In this document: piece by piece, positions 40,415 through 50,471 of the stretch
Layout of the letters: each line of letters begins with the position of its first letter
Position numbering within the stretch: the stretch's first letter is position 1
NCBI GenBank assembly: GCA_963692865.2
Contig: OY843592.1
Span: 1,600,001 to 1,664,000, forward strand
Direction: 5' to 3'
DNA length: 64,000 nt
Origin: a bacterium
GTDB lineage: Bacteria; UBA8248
Translations under genes and position numbers: made by a program
The notes under the pieces: generated by a model
Told to the model about the DNA's origin: nothing
Databases searched by the model: none
What the model saw: the letters and a program-made list of their open reading frames with translations, nothing else

Positions 40415-40466
40415 AATATACGGAAATCGGGGGGGAGCGTTCGCCTCGCAAATGCGGGCAAATGCG
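40415..40466 (-). promoter_or_regulatory. Putative activator-dependent promoter of the tail gene operon
   Basis: Direct repeat GCAAATGCGGGCAAATGCG at 40448-40466, then 27 nt, then TATATT (40415-40420, minus strand). Confidence 0.5.
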
Positions 40467-40475
40467 TGGCAGAAA

Positions 40476-40841
40476 GGGGTTGTTGAAAAAGTCCTGATGA
40501 ACGGAGTGTTTTACGCGACCGGGGAGGAACGGTTTTTGTAGGTCAGACATATATGTCTGACATATCATGCGGCCCGCCTTGTGGAGGCGAAAATCAGGGC
40601 CGCATGATATGCGTGGGACAACCCCGAGGAGGGGTTGTCACCTACAAACAAATTGTCTCTCTCCGGCTTTTTCAACAGCCCCGAGAAAGGAGCGTTTGTA
40701 TCGAAGGGCTTGCCCGAGTCTGTCGAGGGGAGCGCTCCCCTTCTTGGCCGGCAATCGCTCCCGCATTGGTCGCGATTGACCTTCGATACGCGGCTTCGCC
40801 GCTAATCAGGATGAGGCGGAGAGGGCGTTTTCAACAACCCC
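40476..40841. repeat. Mosaic repeat cluster I, with an inverted-repeat-bounded unit at 40476-40682
   Basis: Arms are inverted copies of the 15107-15279 arms; 40750-40841 matches 14103-14194. Confidence 0.85.
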
Positions 40842-40866
40842 GTATGGGGGCGCCGGATATGGAAAT

Positions 40867-40894
40867 TTGAAATATTCAGCGAATCTGCTACAAT
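40867..40894 (+). promoter_or_regulatory. Putative sigma70 promoter of the M23 peptidase gene
   Basis: TTGAAA-N16-TACAAT with a TGn extended -10. Confidence 0.5.
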
Positions 40895-40943
40895 CATAGT
40901 TCAACGGAAGAATGAAGTTTTCTGTTGTACCTGCCGGTTTTAT

Positions 40944-42440
40944 ATGAAGTCCGCCCGATTATCGAAAGGACTTTTGATGCGCAGGAGGTGGGCGCGTCTC
41001 ATCACGCAATCTGGCTCCATACGAAAACCAGGCAGTCGTTCTGCGAGGCTCTGGGCAGTTGGCGTATTGTTGGTTCTGGGCTTCGGCGCGTTGTTGCTCA
41101 GCCGTCCGATAACACCCCCTCCTCCCGAATCGTCCGAAAAGAGCCCCCCGCGTCCGGATGCGCGTGCAGCCGAAAAAGCGCTTGAAGATGAGACGCCGCG
41201 GGAAATCGCCAAAGCGCCCCGGAATCAGGCGCGCGATAGGCCCGAAGAAAATGCTTTGAAGAAAGCCTCTCGGGATCAGCCGGTCAAGAGTCCTGCGAAA
41301 GAAGAAAAACTCACCACCGAAGCAGGCAGATTCTCCAAAGCGGACACCGTCATCGGCGTTTTGATGGCGCATGACGTGCGCCGTTCGGAGATTCAGAAAG
41401 TCCTGGACAGCGTTCGTGAAAAGCGTATTTTTTCGCGCATTCGGGCGGGCCGTCGATATGAAGTGAGAAAAAAAGACGGCGAATTCCGTGAATTCGTTCT
41501 TCAACTGGACAATAAAAGCCGCCTCAGAATCTCGCGAACGCCGAACGGGACGATGAGGGCCTCGAAAGAGGGCATCCCCTATTCGATCAATATCGTTCGC
41601 ATCCAATCCCGCATCAGCAGTTCATTGCATCAAGCCGTCGCCGATGGCGGCGGCTCTCCCGTACTGGCGAACAGGCTGGGCGATATTTTCGCATACGTCA
41701 TTGATTTTCATAAGGATTTGCAAAGAGGTGACCAGGTGGAAGTCCTGGTTGAGCGAAAGCATTTTCGGGGTGAATTCGCCGGCTACGGGAGGATTCTGGC
41801 GGCGGAATTCATGGTGAGGGGCAGGCGGCACACCGCGGTGTATTTCCGGCACGCAGGCGGTAAGTATTACAACTTCGAGGGCGAATCCCTGAGGCGGGCC
41901 TTTTTGCGGTCTCCGCTGCGTTATACGCGAATCAGTTCGCGTTTCTCCAAGAGGCGTTTCCACCCCCTGCTCAAGCGCTATCGTCCCCACTTCGGCATCG
42001 ACTACGCCGCGCCCCGTGGTACGCCCGTCCATGCGGTCGCCGATGGGGTCGTCGCCTGGGTGGGCCGCAAGAGCCAGGCCGGCAAGACGATTAAACTACG
42101 CCATGGCGGTGGTTATCGGACCTCCTACCTCCACCTGTATCGATATGCGCGCGGCATCCGCAAGGGCGGGCGGGTCTTCCAGGGACAGGTAATCGGCTAC
42201 GTGGGTTCCACGGGTTTGTCCACGGGACCTCATCTGGATTACCGGCTGAGCCGCTACGGGCGGTATCTGGATCCCCTGAAAGCGAAGCTCCCCAAGGGCA
42301 TGCCGCTCCCCCGCTCCCTGCGCTCGAAGTTCGGGAAGATTCTGGACGAACGCCGGAGAATGTTTGACAACCTGCCTTTGTTGAAGGACGCTCAGGCTTC
42401 CGCCACGCCCGTGGATCGGTTGTTCGGCGCGGGTGGATAG
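40944..42440 (+). CDS. M23-family peptidoglycan DD-endopeptidase (MepM/OapA-like)
   Basis: HFGIDY (HxxxD), YLHL and STGPHLDY motifs; N-terminal hydrophobic segment. Confidence 0.92.
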   Translation: MKSARLSKGLLMRRRWARLITQSGSIRKPGSRSARLWAVGVLLVLGFGALLLSRPITPPPPESSEKSPPRPDARAAEKALEDETPREIAKAPRNQARDRPEENALKKASRDQPVKSPAKEEKLTTEAGRFSKADTVIGVLMAHDVRRSEIQKVLDSVREKRIFSRIRAGRRYEVRKKDGEFREFVLQLDNKSRLRISRTPNGTMRASKEGIPYSINIVRIQSRISSSLHQAVADGGGSPVLANRLGDIFAYVIDFHKDLQRGDQVEVLVERKHFRGEFAGYGRILAAEFMVRGRRHTAVYFRHAGGKYYNFEGESLRRAFLRSPLRYTRISSRFSKRRFHPLLKRYRPHFGIDYAAPRGTPVHAVADGVVAWVGRKSQAGKTIKLRHGGGYRTSYLHLYRYARGIRKGGRVFQGQVIGYVGSTGLSTGPHLDYRLSRYGRYLDPLKAKLPKGMPLPRSLRSKFGKILDERRRMFDNLPLLKDAQASATPVDRLFGAGG

Positions 42441-42485
42441 AAAATCATTTCTTTGAACTGAAAGCCGAAGGGGGGAGAAGCGCCC

Positions 42486-42995
42486 ATGTTGATTCCCTTC
42501 GAGGGAATGCTGCCCAAAGTCCATGAAACCGCCTGGCTGGCGGAGACCGCCGTCGTCATCGGCGACGTGGAGATCGGCGAGCACAGCAGCGTTTGGTACA
42601 ACTGCGTCCTGCGCGGAGACCATATGCCCATCCGCGTGGGAAAACGCACGAACATACAAGACGGCTCCATTCTGCACATCGAGAGCGGGAAGTACGACTG
42701 CGTGCTGGGCGACGACATTACCGTGGGCCACATGGCCATCGTGCACGGGTGCCATGTGGGAGACGGCGCCGTCATCGCGATGGGCGCCATCGTGTTGAAC
42801 AACGCGAAGGTGGGAGCGGGCGCCGTCGTCGGAGCGGGCGCCGTCGTGTCCGAGAATAAAGTGATCGATCCCGGAACCCTCTGGCTGGGCGCGCCTGCGA
42901 GATATGTTCGCGACCTCAAAGAAGAGGAGATAGAGCGCTTCAAGAACGCGGCCGTCTCCTACATGAACAACAAAGAGCGTTTCAGAAATTCCTGA
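42486..42995 (+). CDS. Gamma-carbonic-anhydrase-like hexapeptide-repeat protein
   Basis: LRGD, NIQDGS.LH and VGH...HGC motifs. Confidence 0.92.
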   Translation: MLIPFEGMLPKVHETAWLAETAVVIGDVEIGEHSSVWYNCVLRGDHMPIRVGKRTNIQDGSILHIESGKYDCVLGDDITVGHMAIVHGCHVGDGAVIAMGAIVLNNAKVGAGAVVGAGAVVSENKVIDPGTLWLGAPARYVRDLKEEEIERFKNAAVSYMNNKERFRNS

Positions 42996-43019
42996 CCACG
43001 CCGGAAATCCTCTATTTTC

Positions 43020-43970
43020 ATGTCTGAACAACCCCGCGCCGACGCCTCGGCCCCGCTCGCCGCGGTGGTGGACTTGGGCACGAACGCGGCCCGCCTGGCG
43101 CTCGCCACGCTCGATGATGCGGGCAGGCTGGAATCGCGGGGCCGCTGGCGCGAACTGATTCGCCTGGGCGAGGGGGTCCGCGAAACGGGTCTGCTCTCGG
43201 AGAACGCCATGGAGAGGGGACTCGCCTGCCTTGCCCGGTTTGCGCAAATCATTCGGGAGCATCGCGTCAACCTCGTCGACGCCCTGGCGACCAGCGCGCT
43301 GCGTGAGGCGCAAAATGCGGATGTGTTTATCGAGCGCGCCTTGCGGCTGGGGGTCGCGATGCGCGTTATTCCCGCCGAGGAGGAAGCGCGTCTGGCGCTG
43401 GCGGGCGTTTTCGCCGGCGAGGAGCGCAGACCCGAGCGAGCGTTGGTGTTCGACGTCGGGGGAGGAAGCCTCGAGATAATTCTCTCCGGGAGTGGCGGGG
43501 TTCGAGAGATGGCGAGCCTTCCCGCCGGCGTGGTGTATTTGACGGAGCGTTACCTGAAAACGATGCCCACGCCGGACGAGCAGGTGCAGGCTTGTTCGCA
43601 TGCCGTGGATGCGATGTTGGCGGATGTCGATTTCGCCGAGGAGGAACCGGCGGAAACCCCCTTTGTCGGCTGCGGGGGCGTGGTGGCGCTGGCATGGTTT
43701 TTGACCGAAGGCGCGCCGCCGGGCGGGCGCGTGGATGGACTCTCGCTGCCGGGTTCTTTTTTCGAGGAATGGGTCGGCCGGTTCGCCGGTCTGACTTACG
43801 GGCAAAGGAGAGAGCTTCGCGGTTTCGAGTCCGGGCGGGAGGACGTGGCGCTCGCCGGGCTCATCGTCGTGCGCGCGCTGTTGCGGTGGGGGCGAAAGCG
43901 GGAGTTCAGCGTATCAACCGGCGGCGTTCGCGAGGGAAGGCTGCTGGAGCTGCTGCGACGGGGCGCATAG
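43020..43970 (+). CDS. Ppx/GppA-family phosphatase, short form
   Basis: VDLGTN, IRLGEG, ATSALREA, EEEA, DVGGGSLE and GVREG motifs. Confidence 0.9.
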   Translation: MSEQPRADASAPLAAVVDLGTNAARLALATLDDAGRLESRGRWRELIRLGEGVRETGLLSENAMERGLACLARFAQIIREHRVNLVDALATSALREAQNADVFIERALRLGVAMRVIPAEEEARLALAGVFAGEERRPERALVFDVGGGSLEIILSGSGGVREMASLPAGVVYLTERYLKTMPTPDEQVQACSHAVDAMLADVDFAEEEPAETPFVGCGGVVALAWFLTEGAPPGGRVDGLSLPGSFFEEWVGRFAGLTYGQRRELRGFESGREDVALAGLIVVRALLRWGRKREFSVSTGGVREGRLLELLRRGA

Positions 43971-43972
43971 AC

Positions 43973-44518
43973 GGGGGTTGTTGGAAAAGACCACAGAAGG
44001 AGCGCACTGAATTTCACTCCCCCCTTGAGGGGGAGTCGAAGAGGCCGAGCGGTTTGTGCGAAGGCCGATTCGGTGGGGGGTAAAACGTGTTTGATCGCCA
44101 TTCTGAATTCTACCCCCCACCGGCTCGACTTCGGGCTTCGCCCTCGTCTTGCCGTCTGGCTTTCCCCTCGGGAAGCCAGACCCTCAAGGGGGGAGTGAAA
44201 TCAAAAGCGTGTGCGCAACTCAAAATTGCTTCCCAGGGGTTTTTCAGCAGCCCCGACAAGGGGAGGGTTAGTTTCCTGCGGGTCAAGGTGGGGTAGGGGC
44301 GGTTCGCGAACCGCCCCTACGGTTCGTCCCGATACGCGAGGTTTCCATAGGGTCAGACACATATGTCTGACCCCCCGTGGCCGCCGGTCGGTCATATTCA
44401 TCCCGATATAGGACAGGCACGGGGACCCCGGACAATCCTTTTGGGTTGTCCGGCTACGGTGAACATTTCGATGATCGGGATTCTTTCCCTCCTCGGGGAG
44501 AATTTTTTCAACAGCCCC
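43973..44518. repeat. Mosaic repeat cluster J
   Basis: Left end at 43974, right ends at about 44254 and 44518; element 44016-44196; GTAGGGGCGGTTCGCGAACCGCCCCTAC palindrome. Confidence 0.85.
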
Positions 44519-44651
44519 TTGCGCTTCGTAGTTTGACACGATTCGACGCCTCCCTATATTTTGAATCCAGGCATGGGGAAGTTGAAGCGCGATGGGACGT
44601 ATGCCCGGCGCGTACGCTCGTCTGGTCGAATACCTCTTCCGGGGAAACGAT

Positions 44652-45188
44652 ATGGGGAAAACACTTCAATTTCCTCTCTCCCAAATTCCGGATGATGGAC
44701 TGGACCTCGCTCTGGATTTGGAGATGGATGATTTGGATGAAGTCTGGTTCAGGGCTTCAAGTCTGAAACTCGCCGGCAGGTTGGAGAAGACGGGTCCTCA
44801 CGAGGTGAACTTCCAGGGCCGGTTGAGCGGTCGGCTTGTGTTGGAGTGCTCTCTCGGGCTGGCGGAATTTGCGCATCCGTTCGATGAGCCTTTGGCCGTC
44901 TATTTTTCTCAAATGCCGCAAGGTTCCGGTTCGGAGGGTGAAATCGAACTGAATGAAGAAGACCTCGATGCCGCATACATCGACAATGAGGCGGTGGATC
45001 TGACTACGCCCGTTCGCGATCAAATCGGGCTGGCGATTCCCATACAACCCAGATGCCCTGAAAAATGTCTGGGGGAAACGCCCGAAACTTGCCGGAAACT
45101 CGATGGGGGAGAGCCCGTCGGCGTGGGCGCGGAGGGAGACCCGCGGTGGGGGGCGCTCAAGGATTGGAAACCGCGAAGCTCCGCATGA
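44652..45188 (+). CDS. YceD/DUF177 family protein
   Basis: DPRW..LK C-terminal motif; conserved position upstream of rpmF. Confidence 0.8.
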   Translation: MGKTLQFPLSQIPDDGLDLALDLEMDDLDEVWFRASSLKLAGRLEKTGPHEVNFQGRLSGRLVLECSLGLAEFAHPFDEPLAVYFSQMPQGSGSEGEIELNEEDLDAAYIDNEAVDLTTPVRDQIGLAIPIQPRCPEKCLGETPETCRKLDGGEPVGVGAEGDPRWGALKDWKPRSSA

Positions 45189-45324
45189 TGCGCCGCGGCG
45201 GTTTGTGTGGGGAAATCTGGAATATGTGGTAGTATACAGAGATTGCGTTTCCGAACATGGGGCCGAAAGGGCCTGGACGGAAATCGCCGTGTTTGACGTA
45301 TTGTTTTGAAAGGAGTGCGGTGCT

Positions 45325-45504
45325 GTGGGACTTCCCAAACGTCGGCACTCGCAGACGCGAGGCCGCAAAAGAAGAACACACTATAAGGCAGCGAAACCAT
45401 CTATGGCGGTTTGCTCGAACTGCAATAATCCGGTGCTGCCCCACCGGGTGTGCAGCGTCTGCGGGTATTACAAGGGCCAGAAAGTTCTGGAAGTGAAGGG
45501 ATAA
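45325..45504 (+). CDS. rpmF: 50S ribosomal protein L32 (absent from the ORF track)
   Basis: Manual translation from GTG gives MGLPKRRHSQTRGRKRRTHY...CSNC...PHRVCSVCGYYKG. Confidence 0.95.
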   Translation: MGLPKRRHSQTRGRKRRTHYKAAKPSMAVCSNCNNPVLPHRVCSVCGYYKGQKVLEVKG

Positions 45505-45524
45505 TACCACCGCTGGAAGAGATG

Positions 45525-46637
45525 ATGAAAATAGCGATAGACGCCATGGGGGGAGACAACGCGCCTTCGGCAATCATCGAAGGGGCGTTGGACGCTCACC
45601 GGGAAGAGGGTATCGAATCCATCCTGGTGGGCGCGCCGGAGCGAATCGAGGCGGAACTCGACCGTCTTGGAGCCTCTAAGGACGTCTTTGAGATTCGCGC
45701 GGCGAGCCAGGTCATCGATATGGGCGAGTCGCCCACGAAGTCGGTGAAGTCGAAGCCCGATTCATCCATGCGCGTCGCTCTCCAGTTGGTCAAGGACGGA
45801 GAAGCGCAGGGTGTATTCAGCGCGGGCGACACCGGAGGCGCCTTCGCCGCGGGTCTGGCCGTCTTGCAGCGCATGCAGGGAGTTCAGCGGCCCGCCATCG
45901 CCGCCCTGATCCCCACCCTCAAAGGATTTTCCGTCATGCTGGACGTGGGGGCGAATCTGACCCCCCGGGCGCAGCACCTGTTTCAATTCGGGGTCATGGG
46001 TTCCGTATATACCCAGGAAGTGTTCAAGAAGCCCGCGCCCACGGTGGGTTTGTTGAACGTAGGGGGCGAAGATTCCAAAGGAACCGACGTGCTCAAGGCG
46101 GTCCATGAGATTTTCGTGAAAAGCGATTTGAATTTTGTGGGCAACGTGGAGGGGAGCACGATTTTTCAGGGCGGCACGGACGTGATCGTGTGCGACGGGT
46201 TCGCGGGCAACGTGGCTTTGAAGGTGAGCGAGAGCCTCAGTGAAATGTTGACGACGCTGCTCAGGGAGGAAATCGTCGGTTCGATGCGCAACAAGATTGG
46301 ATACATGTTCTTGCAAAACGGACTGAAATCCATGCGCCAGAGAACCGATTATTCCGAATATGGAGCGGCGCCGTTGCTGGGTTTGGGTGGAATTTGTACA
46401 ATCGGGCATGGCCGAAGCAACGCGAAGGCCGTGAAAAACGCCATCCGGACGACGGCGAATATCGTCAAGGTCGATCTCAATACCAAGATAGAAAAAGAGA
46501 TCGACAAGCATACTTCCATACAGCGCAGCGGGGATGTGGGGTGGCGTTTGTGGAACCAGATACGAACGGGCATTTTCTACGAGAAGGTAACAGGGGACGA
46601 AAAAAAGAGCGGCGATGAAGAAAATCAGCCCTCTTGA
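45525..46637 (+). CDS. plsX: Phosphate acyltransferase
   Basis: IAIDAMGGD, LDVGAN, DGFAGNVALK and HGRS motifs. Confidence 0.96.
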   Translation: MKIAIDAMGGDNAPSAIIEGALDAHREEGIESILVGAPERIEAELDRLGASKDVFEIRAASQVIDMGESPTKSVKSKPDSSMRVALQLVKDGEAQGVFSAGDTGGAFAAGLAVLQRMQGVQRPAIAALIPTLKGFSVMLDVGANLTPRAQHLFQFGVMGSVYTQEVFKKPAPTVGLLNVGGEDSKGTDVLKAVHEIFVKSDLNFVGNVEGSTIFQGGTDVIVCDGFAGNVALKVSESLSEMLTTLLREEIVGSMRNKIGYMFLQNGLKSMRQRTDYSEYGAAPLLGLGGICTIGHGRSNAKAVKNAIRTTANIVKVDLNTKIEKEIDKHTSIQRSGDVGWRLWNQIRTGIFYEKVTGDEKKSGDEENQPS

Positions 46638-46704
46638 TATCTGAGCCGGTTTTCGACTACGATCACACCTTGGCAGTAATCTCGCCCGCATAGGGAATCA
46701 TACC

Positions 46705-47694
46705 GTGACCCATTCCGTCATCTTGGGGACAGGTTCTTATGTCCCTGAAAGAATTCTCTCGAATGCCGAGCTGGAAAAAATGGTCGACACCAGCGACCAA
46801 TGGATTCGAGAGCGGACGGGAATCAGCGAGCGGCGTGTGGCGAAGCCCGACGAAGCGACTTCCCACCTGTCGATTCATGCCGCCAATCAGGCGCTGGAAG
46901 CCGCGGGGGTGGAGCCTGAGGAAATCGACCTCATCATCGTAACCACCATCACGCCGGATACGATGTGCCCGGCTGCGGCCTGCTGGCTTCAGTCTCACAT
47001 CGGCGCGCACAAGGCCGCGGCGTTCGACTTGAATGCGGCGTGCACGGGCTTCGTCTATGGTCTTCAGGCCGCGGACGCATACATTCGCTCGGGCATGATG
47101 AAGAAAGTGCTCCTGGTTTCCGCCGACGTGATGACGCGGGTCACGAACTGGGAGGACAGGGGCACTTGCGTTCTCTGGGGCGATGGAGCGGGCGCCGTCG
47201 TTGTGGGGGCGTCGGAAAACGGACGAAGAGGCGTCTTGGATTCCAGAGTCTACAGCGACGGCAATGGCGGGGAATTGATTCTGGTGCCGGGCGGTGGCTC
47301 GCGATTCGCCCCGATCACGCCGGGCGATGTGCACAACAAGGAGCATTTGTTGCAGATGAAAGGGAAAGAGACGTTCAAGACGGCTGTGCGTTATTTCCTG
47401 GAAGTCTGTAATGAAATGCTGGAGCGAAGCGGTCTCACATTGGATGATGTGGATATTTTTATTCCGCATCAGGCGAATCTGCGGATTATCGAGGCCGTGG
47501 CGAAACGGCTTGAATTCTCAATGGATAAGGTAATAATCACGATTAACAAATACGGCAATATGTCCGCGGCCACCATCCCGGTAGCGCTGGATGAGTCGGT
47601 GAGGGATGGGAAAATCAGAAGCGGAGATAATGTCCTCATGGCCGCTTTCGGTGGAGGCCTCACCTGGGGTGCGTCATTAGTCGAGTGGAAGTGA
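46705..47694 (+). CDS. fabH: Beta-ketoacyl-ACP synthase III
   Basis: AACTGF, PHQANLRII, YGN and FGGGLTWG motifs. Confidence 0.97.
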   Translation: MTHSVILGTGSYVPERILSNAELEKMVDTSDQWIRERTGISERRVAKPDEATSHLSIHAANQALEAAGVEPEEIDLIIVTTITPDTMCPAAACWLQSHIGAHKAAAFDLNAACTGFVYGLQAADAYIRSGMMKKVLLVSADVMTRVTNWEDRGTCVLWGDGAGAVVVGASENGRRGVLDSRVYSDGNGGELILVPGGGSRFAPITPGDVHNKEHLLQMKGKETFKTAVRYFLEVCNEMLERSGLTLDDVDIFIPHQANLRIIEAVAKRLEFSMDKVIITINKYGNMSAATIPVALDESVRDGKIRSGDNVLMAAFGGGLTWGASLVEWK

Positions 47695-47799
47695 TGATAT
47701 GAACGCTTGGAAAGATTTCGCTTCATCCCCCGCCCTGTTTCATCAACGAGCATAATTGATTAAAGCTTCGCCGTTCATGCCATAGGTAAGGGTTGCCAG

Positions 47800-48738
47800 A
47801 TGGGTGTGAAAATTGCGTTTTTGTTTCCAGGCCAGGGTTCGCAGTATGTCGGCATGGGCAAACAATTCCATGATGAGCATCCACTGGCGCGGGAAGCCTA
47901 TGATCAGGCGAGCGATATCCTGGGGTGGGACCTCGCAAGGCTCAGTTTTGAAGGCCCGAAGTCGGAGTTGACGCTCACCTGCCACACCCAGCCCGCGATT
48001 CTCGTTCATAGCCATATCGCATGCGCTTTGCTGCGCGAGCGCGGTTTCAGCCCCTCTCTCGCACTGGGCCACAGTCTGGGGGAATACTCCGCCCTCCTGG
48101 CGGCCGGGGCCATCGATTTCCATACGGGTGTTGAACTGGTGAAGAAAAGAGGCCGCTTCATGCACGAGGCCGTCCCCGAGCGGGGCGGCGCCATGGCGGC
48201 CTTGCTCGGCATGGAGAGAGAGGCGGCCGAAGCCATATGCGGGGAAGTGGAGGGCGTGGTGGAGGTTGCAAATTATAATGCCCCCGGCCAATATGTCTTG
48301 TCGGGAGACAAGGACGCGGTGGAATCCGCCGCTCGTCTGGCGACGGACGGAGGAGCCAGGAAGGTCGTCATGCTTCCGGTGGGAGCGCCCTTCCATTGTT
48401 CCTTGCTGAGTGAAGCGGCCGAGCGGATGGGTGAGGTTCTCGATGAAGCGGATATCGCCGACCCTTCGGTCCCCGTCTACGCGAATGTGACCGCCCAGCC
48501 CGTTCGGGAGGGAAAACAGGTAAGAGAACTGCTCAAGCGGCAGATTCGCTCCGCCGTGCGCTGGGAGGACGCCGTGCGCGCGGCAGGCGAGGAAAAACCC
48601 GACGTGATGGTCGAGTTGGGCCCCGGGAAAGTGCTCTCCGGATTGAACAGGCGGATATTGAGGGATATACCGGTGCATAATGTGGAAGATGTGCAGAGTC
48701 TGGAGAAAGCGGTTTCGGCCCTGGGCGAGTTCAACTGA
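47800..48738 (+). CDS. fabD: Malonyl-CoA:ACP transacylase
   Basis: FPGQGSQ, GHSLGE and APFH motifs. Confidence 0.97.
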   Translation: MGVKIAFLFPGQGSQYVGMGKQFHDEHPLAREAYDQASDILGWDLARLSFEGPKSELTLTCHTQPAILVHSHIACALLRERGFSPSLALGHSLGEYSALLAAGAIDFHTGVELVKKRGRFMHEAVPERGGAMAALLGMEREAAEAICGEVEGVVEVANYNAPGQYVLSGDKDAVESAARLATDGGARKVVMLPVGAPFHCSLLSEAAERMGEVLDEADIADPSVPVYANVTAQPVREGKQVRELLKRQIRSAVRWEDAVRAAGEEKPDVMVELGPGKVLSGLNRRILRDIPVHNVEDVQSLEKAVSALGEFN

Positions 48739-48909
48739 ATTTCATCCCCGTGTATGATGGTTGATGAGGACATTGAGGGGAAAGGAAAAAAGCAAGTCGT
48801 AGAATTCGGATGAACGCCCCGCGGCAGCGCGAATGAGTATCGGGTCTGATTTCTTGTCGAAAGGACGACCCCATACCGGTTTGATGGAAAGATTTTCGGA
48901 GGAATCGGC

Positions 48910-49158
48910 GTGACAGATGAAATCAAAGCACAAATCAAGGAAATCATTGTTGAGCAGTTGAGTGTGGAGCCTGAAAAGGTGGTGCCGGAAGCTTCATTTA
49001 CCGATGATCTGGGGGCGGACTCGCTGGATACCGTGGAGCTCGTCATGGCGTTCGAGGAGAAATTCGGTATCGAAATACCCGATGAAGAAGCGGAAAACAT
49101 CTCCACGGTTCAGGATGCGTACGACTATATCGGCAAGGTGCCCGGAGCGGGAGATTAG
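48910..49158 (+). CDS. acpP: Acyl carrier protein
   Basis: [14 protein letters not shown] phosphopantetheine site. Confidence 0.98.
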   Translation: MTDEIKAQIKEIIVEQLSVEPEKVVPEASFTDDLGADSLDTVELVMAFEEKFGIEIPDEEAENISTVQDAYDYIGKVPGAGD

Positions 49159-49193
49159 AAAAACCCCGTTGGTCTGCAAATCGAAGAGGAAGC

Positions 49194-50471
49194 ATGAATA
49201 ATCTGGATTTGGTGAAGTCGGACGTACGGGTCGCCGTGACGGGGCTCGGATTGATTACGCCGCTGGGCTTGACGGTGGAGGAAAACTGGGAAGCCTTGAT
49301 GCAGGGCCGTTCGGGTATCGGCAAGGTGTCGAAGTTTTGCCCGGATCGCCTGACGTCTCGAATCGGCGGAGAAATCAAGGGGTTCGAGCCGGAAAACTAC
49401 TTGCCCCGCAAAGAACTCAAGAAGATGGATACCTTCATCCAGTACGTTCTTGCGGCCACCCAGATGGCTTTCGATGACGCGAGTCTCGGCGTCCCGGACG
49501 TGGATGAGGCGCCGCGATACGGCGCCATCATCGGCGTGGGGTTGGGCGGTTTGCCCGCCATCGAGGCGAACAAGGAGTTGTTGCTGACCAGAGAGCCGAG
49601 CCGCATCAGCCCCTTCTTCATCCCCATGCTGCTGGGCAACCTGGCCGCTGGCCAGGTTTCAATGCGCTGGGGATTAAAGGGGCCGAACATTTGCACCACC
49701 ACGGCGTGCGCATCCGGGAATCACGCCATCGGGGACGCGATGAAGTGCATTCAGCGCGGACTGGTGGATGTCATGGTGGCCGGTGGGAGCGAGTCCTGCA
49801 TCACGGAGTTGGCCATGGCGGGATTTTGCGCCATGCGGGCGCTCAGCACGCGCAATGATGACCCCGAGAGGGCGAGTCGTCCCTTTGATACGGACAGGGA
49901 CGGATTCGTGATGGCGGAGGGGGCGGGCGTCATGATCCTGGAGCGCTATGAACACGCCGTGGCGCGGGGCGCGAACATTTACGCCGATCTCAGTGGTTAT
50001 GGCCTCACTTCCGACGCCCACCACATCACCTCTCCGGACCCCGGCGGCGAGGGGGCGGCCCGCTGCATGGACATGGCGCTGAGCGATGCGGGGCTTGAGC
50101 CTGACGATGTGGACTACATCAACGCGCATGGCACGTCTACCGGCGCGGGGGACAGGCTCGAAACGACGGCCATCAAAAGAACATTCGGTGAGCATGCCTA
50201 CGAACTTAGTGTAAGTTCCACCAAATCTATGACCGGGCATCTGCTGGGTGCGGCGGGAGGGGTGGAATCGGTTTTCACCATCCTGGCGCTTAAAAACCAG
50301 AGTATTCCTCCCACGATCAATCTGGATACTCCGGATCCGGAGTGCGATCTCGACTATGTGCCCAATTCTGCCCGGAAAGCGGATATCGGCTGTGCCATCA
50401 CAAACTCTTTCGGGTTCGGGGGGACCAACGCGTCGCTCTTGTTCAAGAGAGCGGAAAGCAACGCGGCTTAA
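49194..50471 (+). CDS. fabF: Beta-ketoacyl-ACP synthase II
   Basis: TACASG, NAHGTST, KSMTGHLLGAAG and NSFGFGGTN motifs. Confidence 0.97.
   Translation: MNNLDLVKSDVRVAVTGLGLITPLGLTVEENWEALMQGRSGIGKVSKFCPDRLTSRIGGEIKGFEPENYLPRKELKKMDTFIQYVLAATQMAFDDASLGVPDVDEAPRYGAIIGVGLGGLPAIEANKELLLTREPSRISPFFIPMLLGNLAAGQVSMRWGLKGPNICTTTACASGNHAIGDAMKCIQRGLVDVMVAGGSESCITELAMAGFCAMRALSTRNDDPERASRPFDTDRDGFVMAEGAGVMILERYEHAVARGANIYADLSGYGLTSDAHHITSPDPGGEGAARCMDMALSDAGLEPDDVDYINAHGTSTGAGDRLETTAIKRTFGEHAYELSVSSTKSMTGHLLGAAGGVESVFTILALKNQSIPPTINLDTPDPECDLDYVPNSARKADIGCAITNSFGFGGTNASLLFKRAESNAA

Noticed and set aside
40470-40690. Possible target-site duplication AGAAAGG around unit 40476-40682
   Set aside because: The match is imperfect, and the right flank is a shared module also present inverted at 20666-20706.
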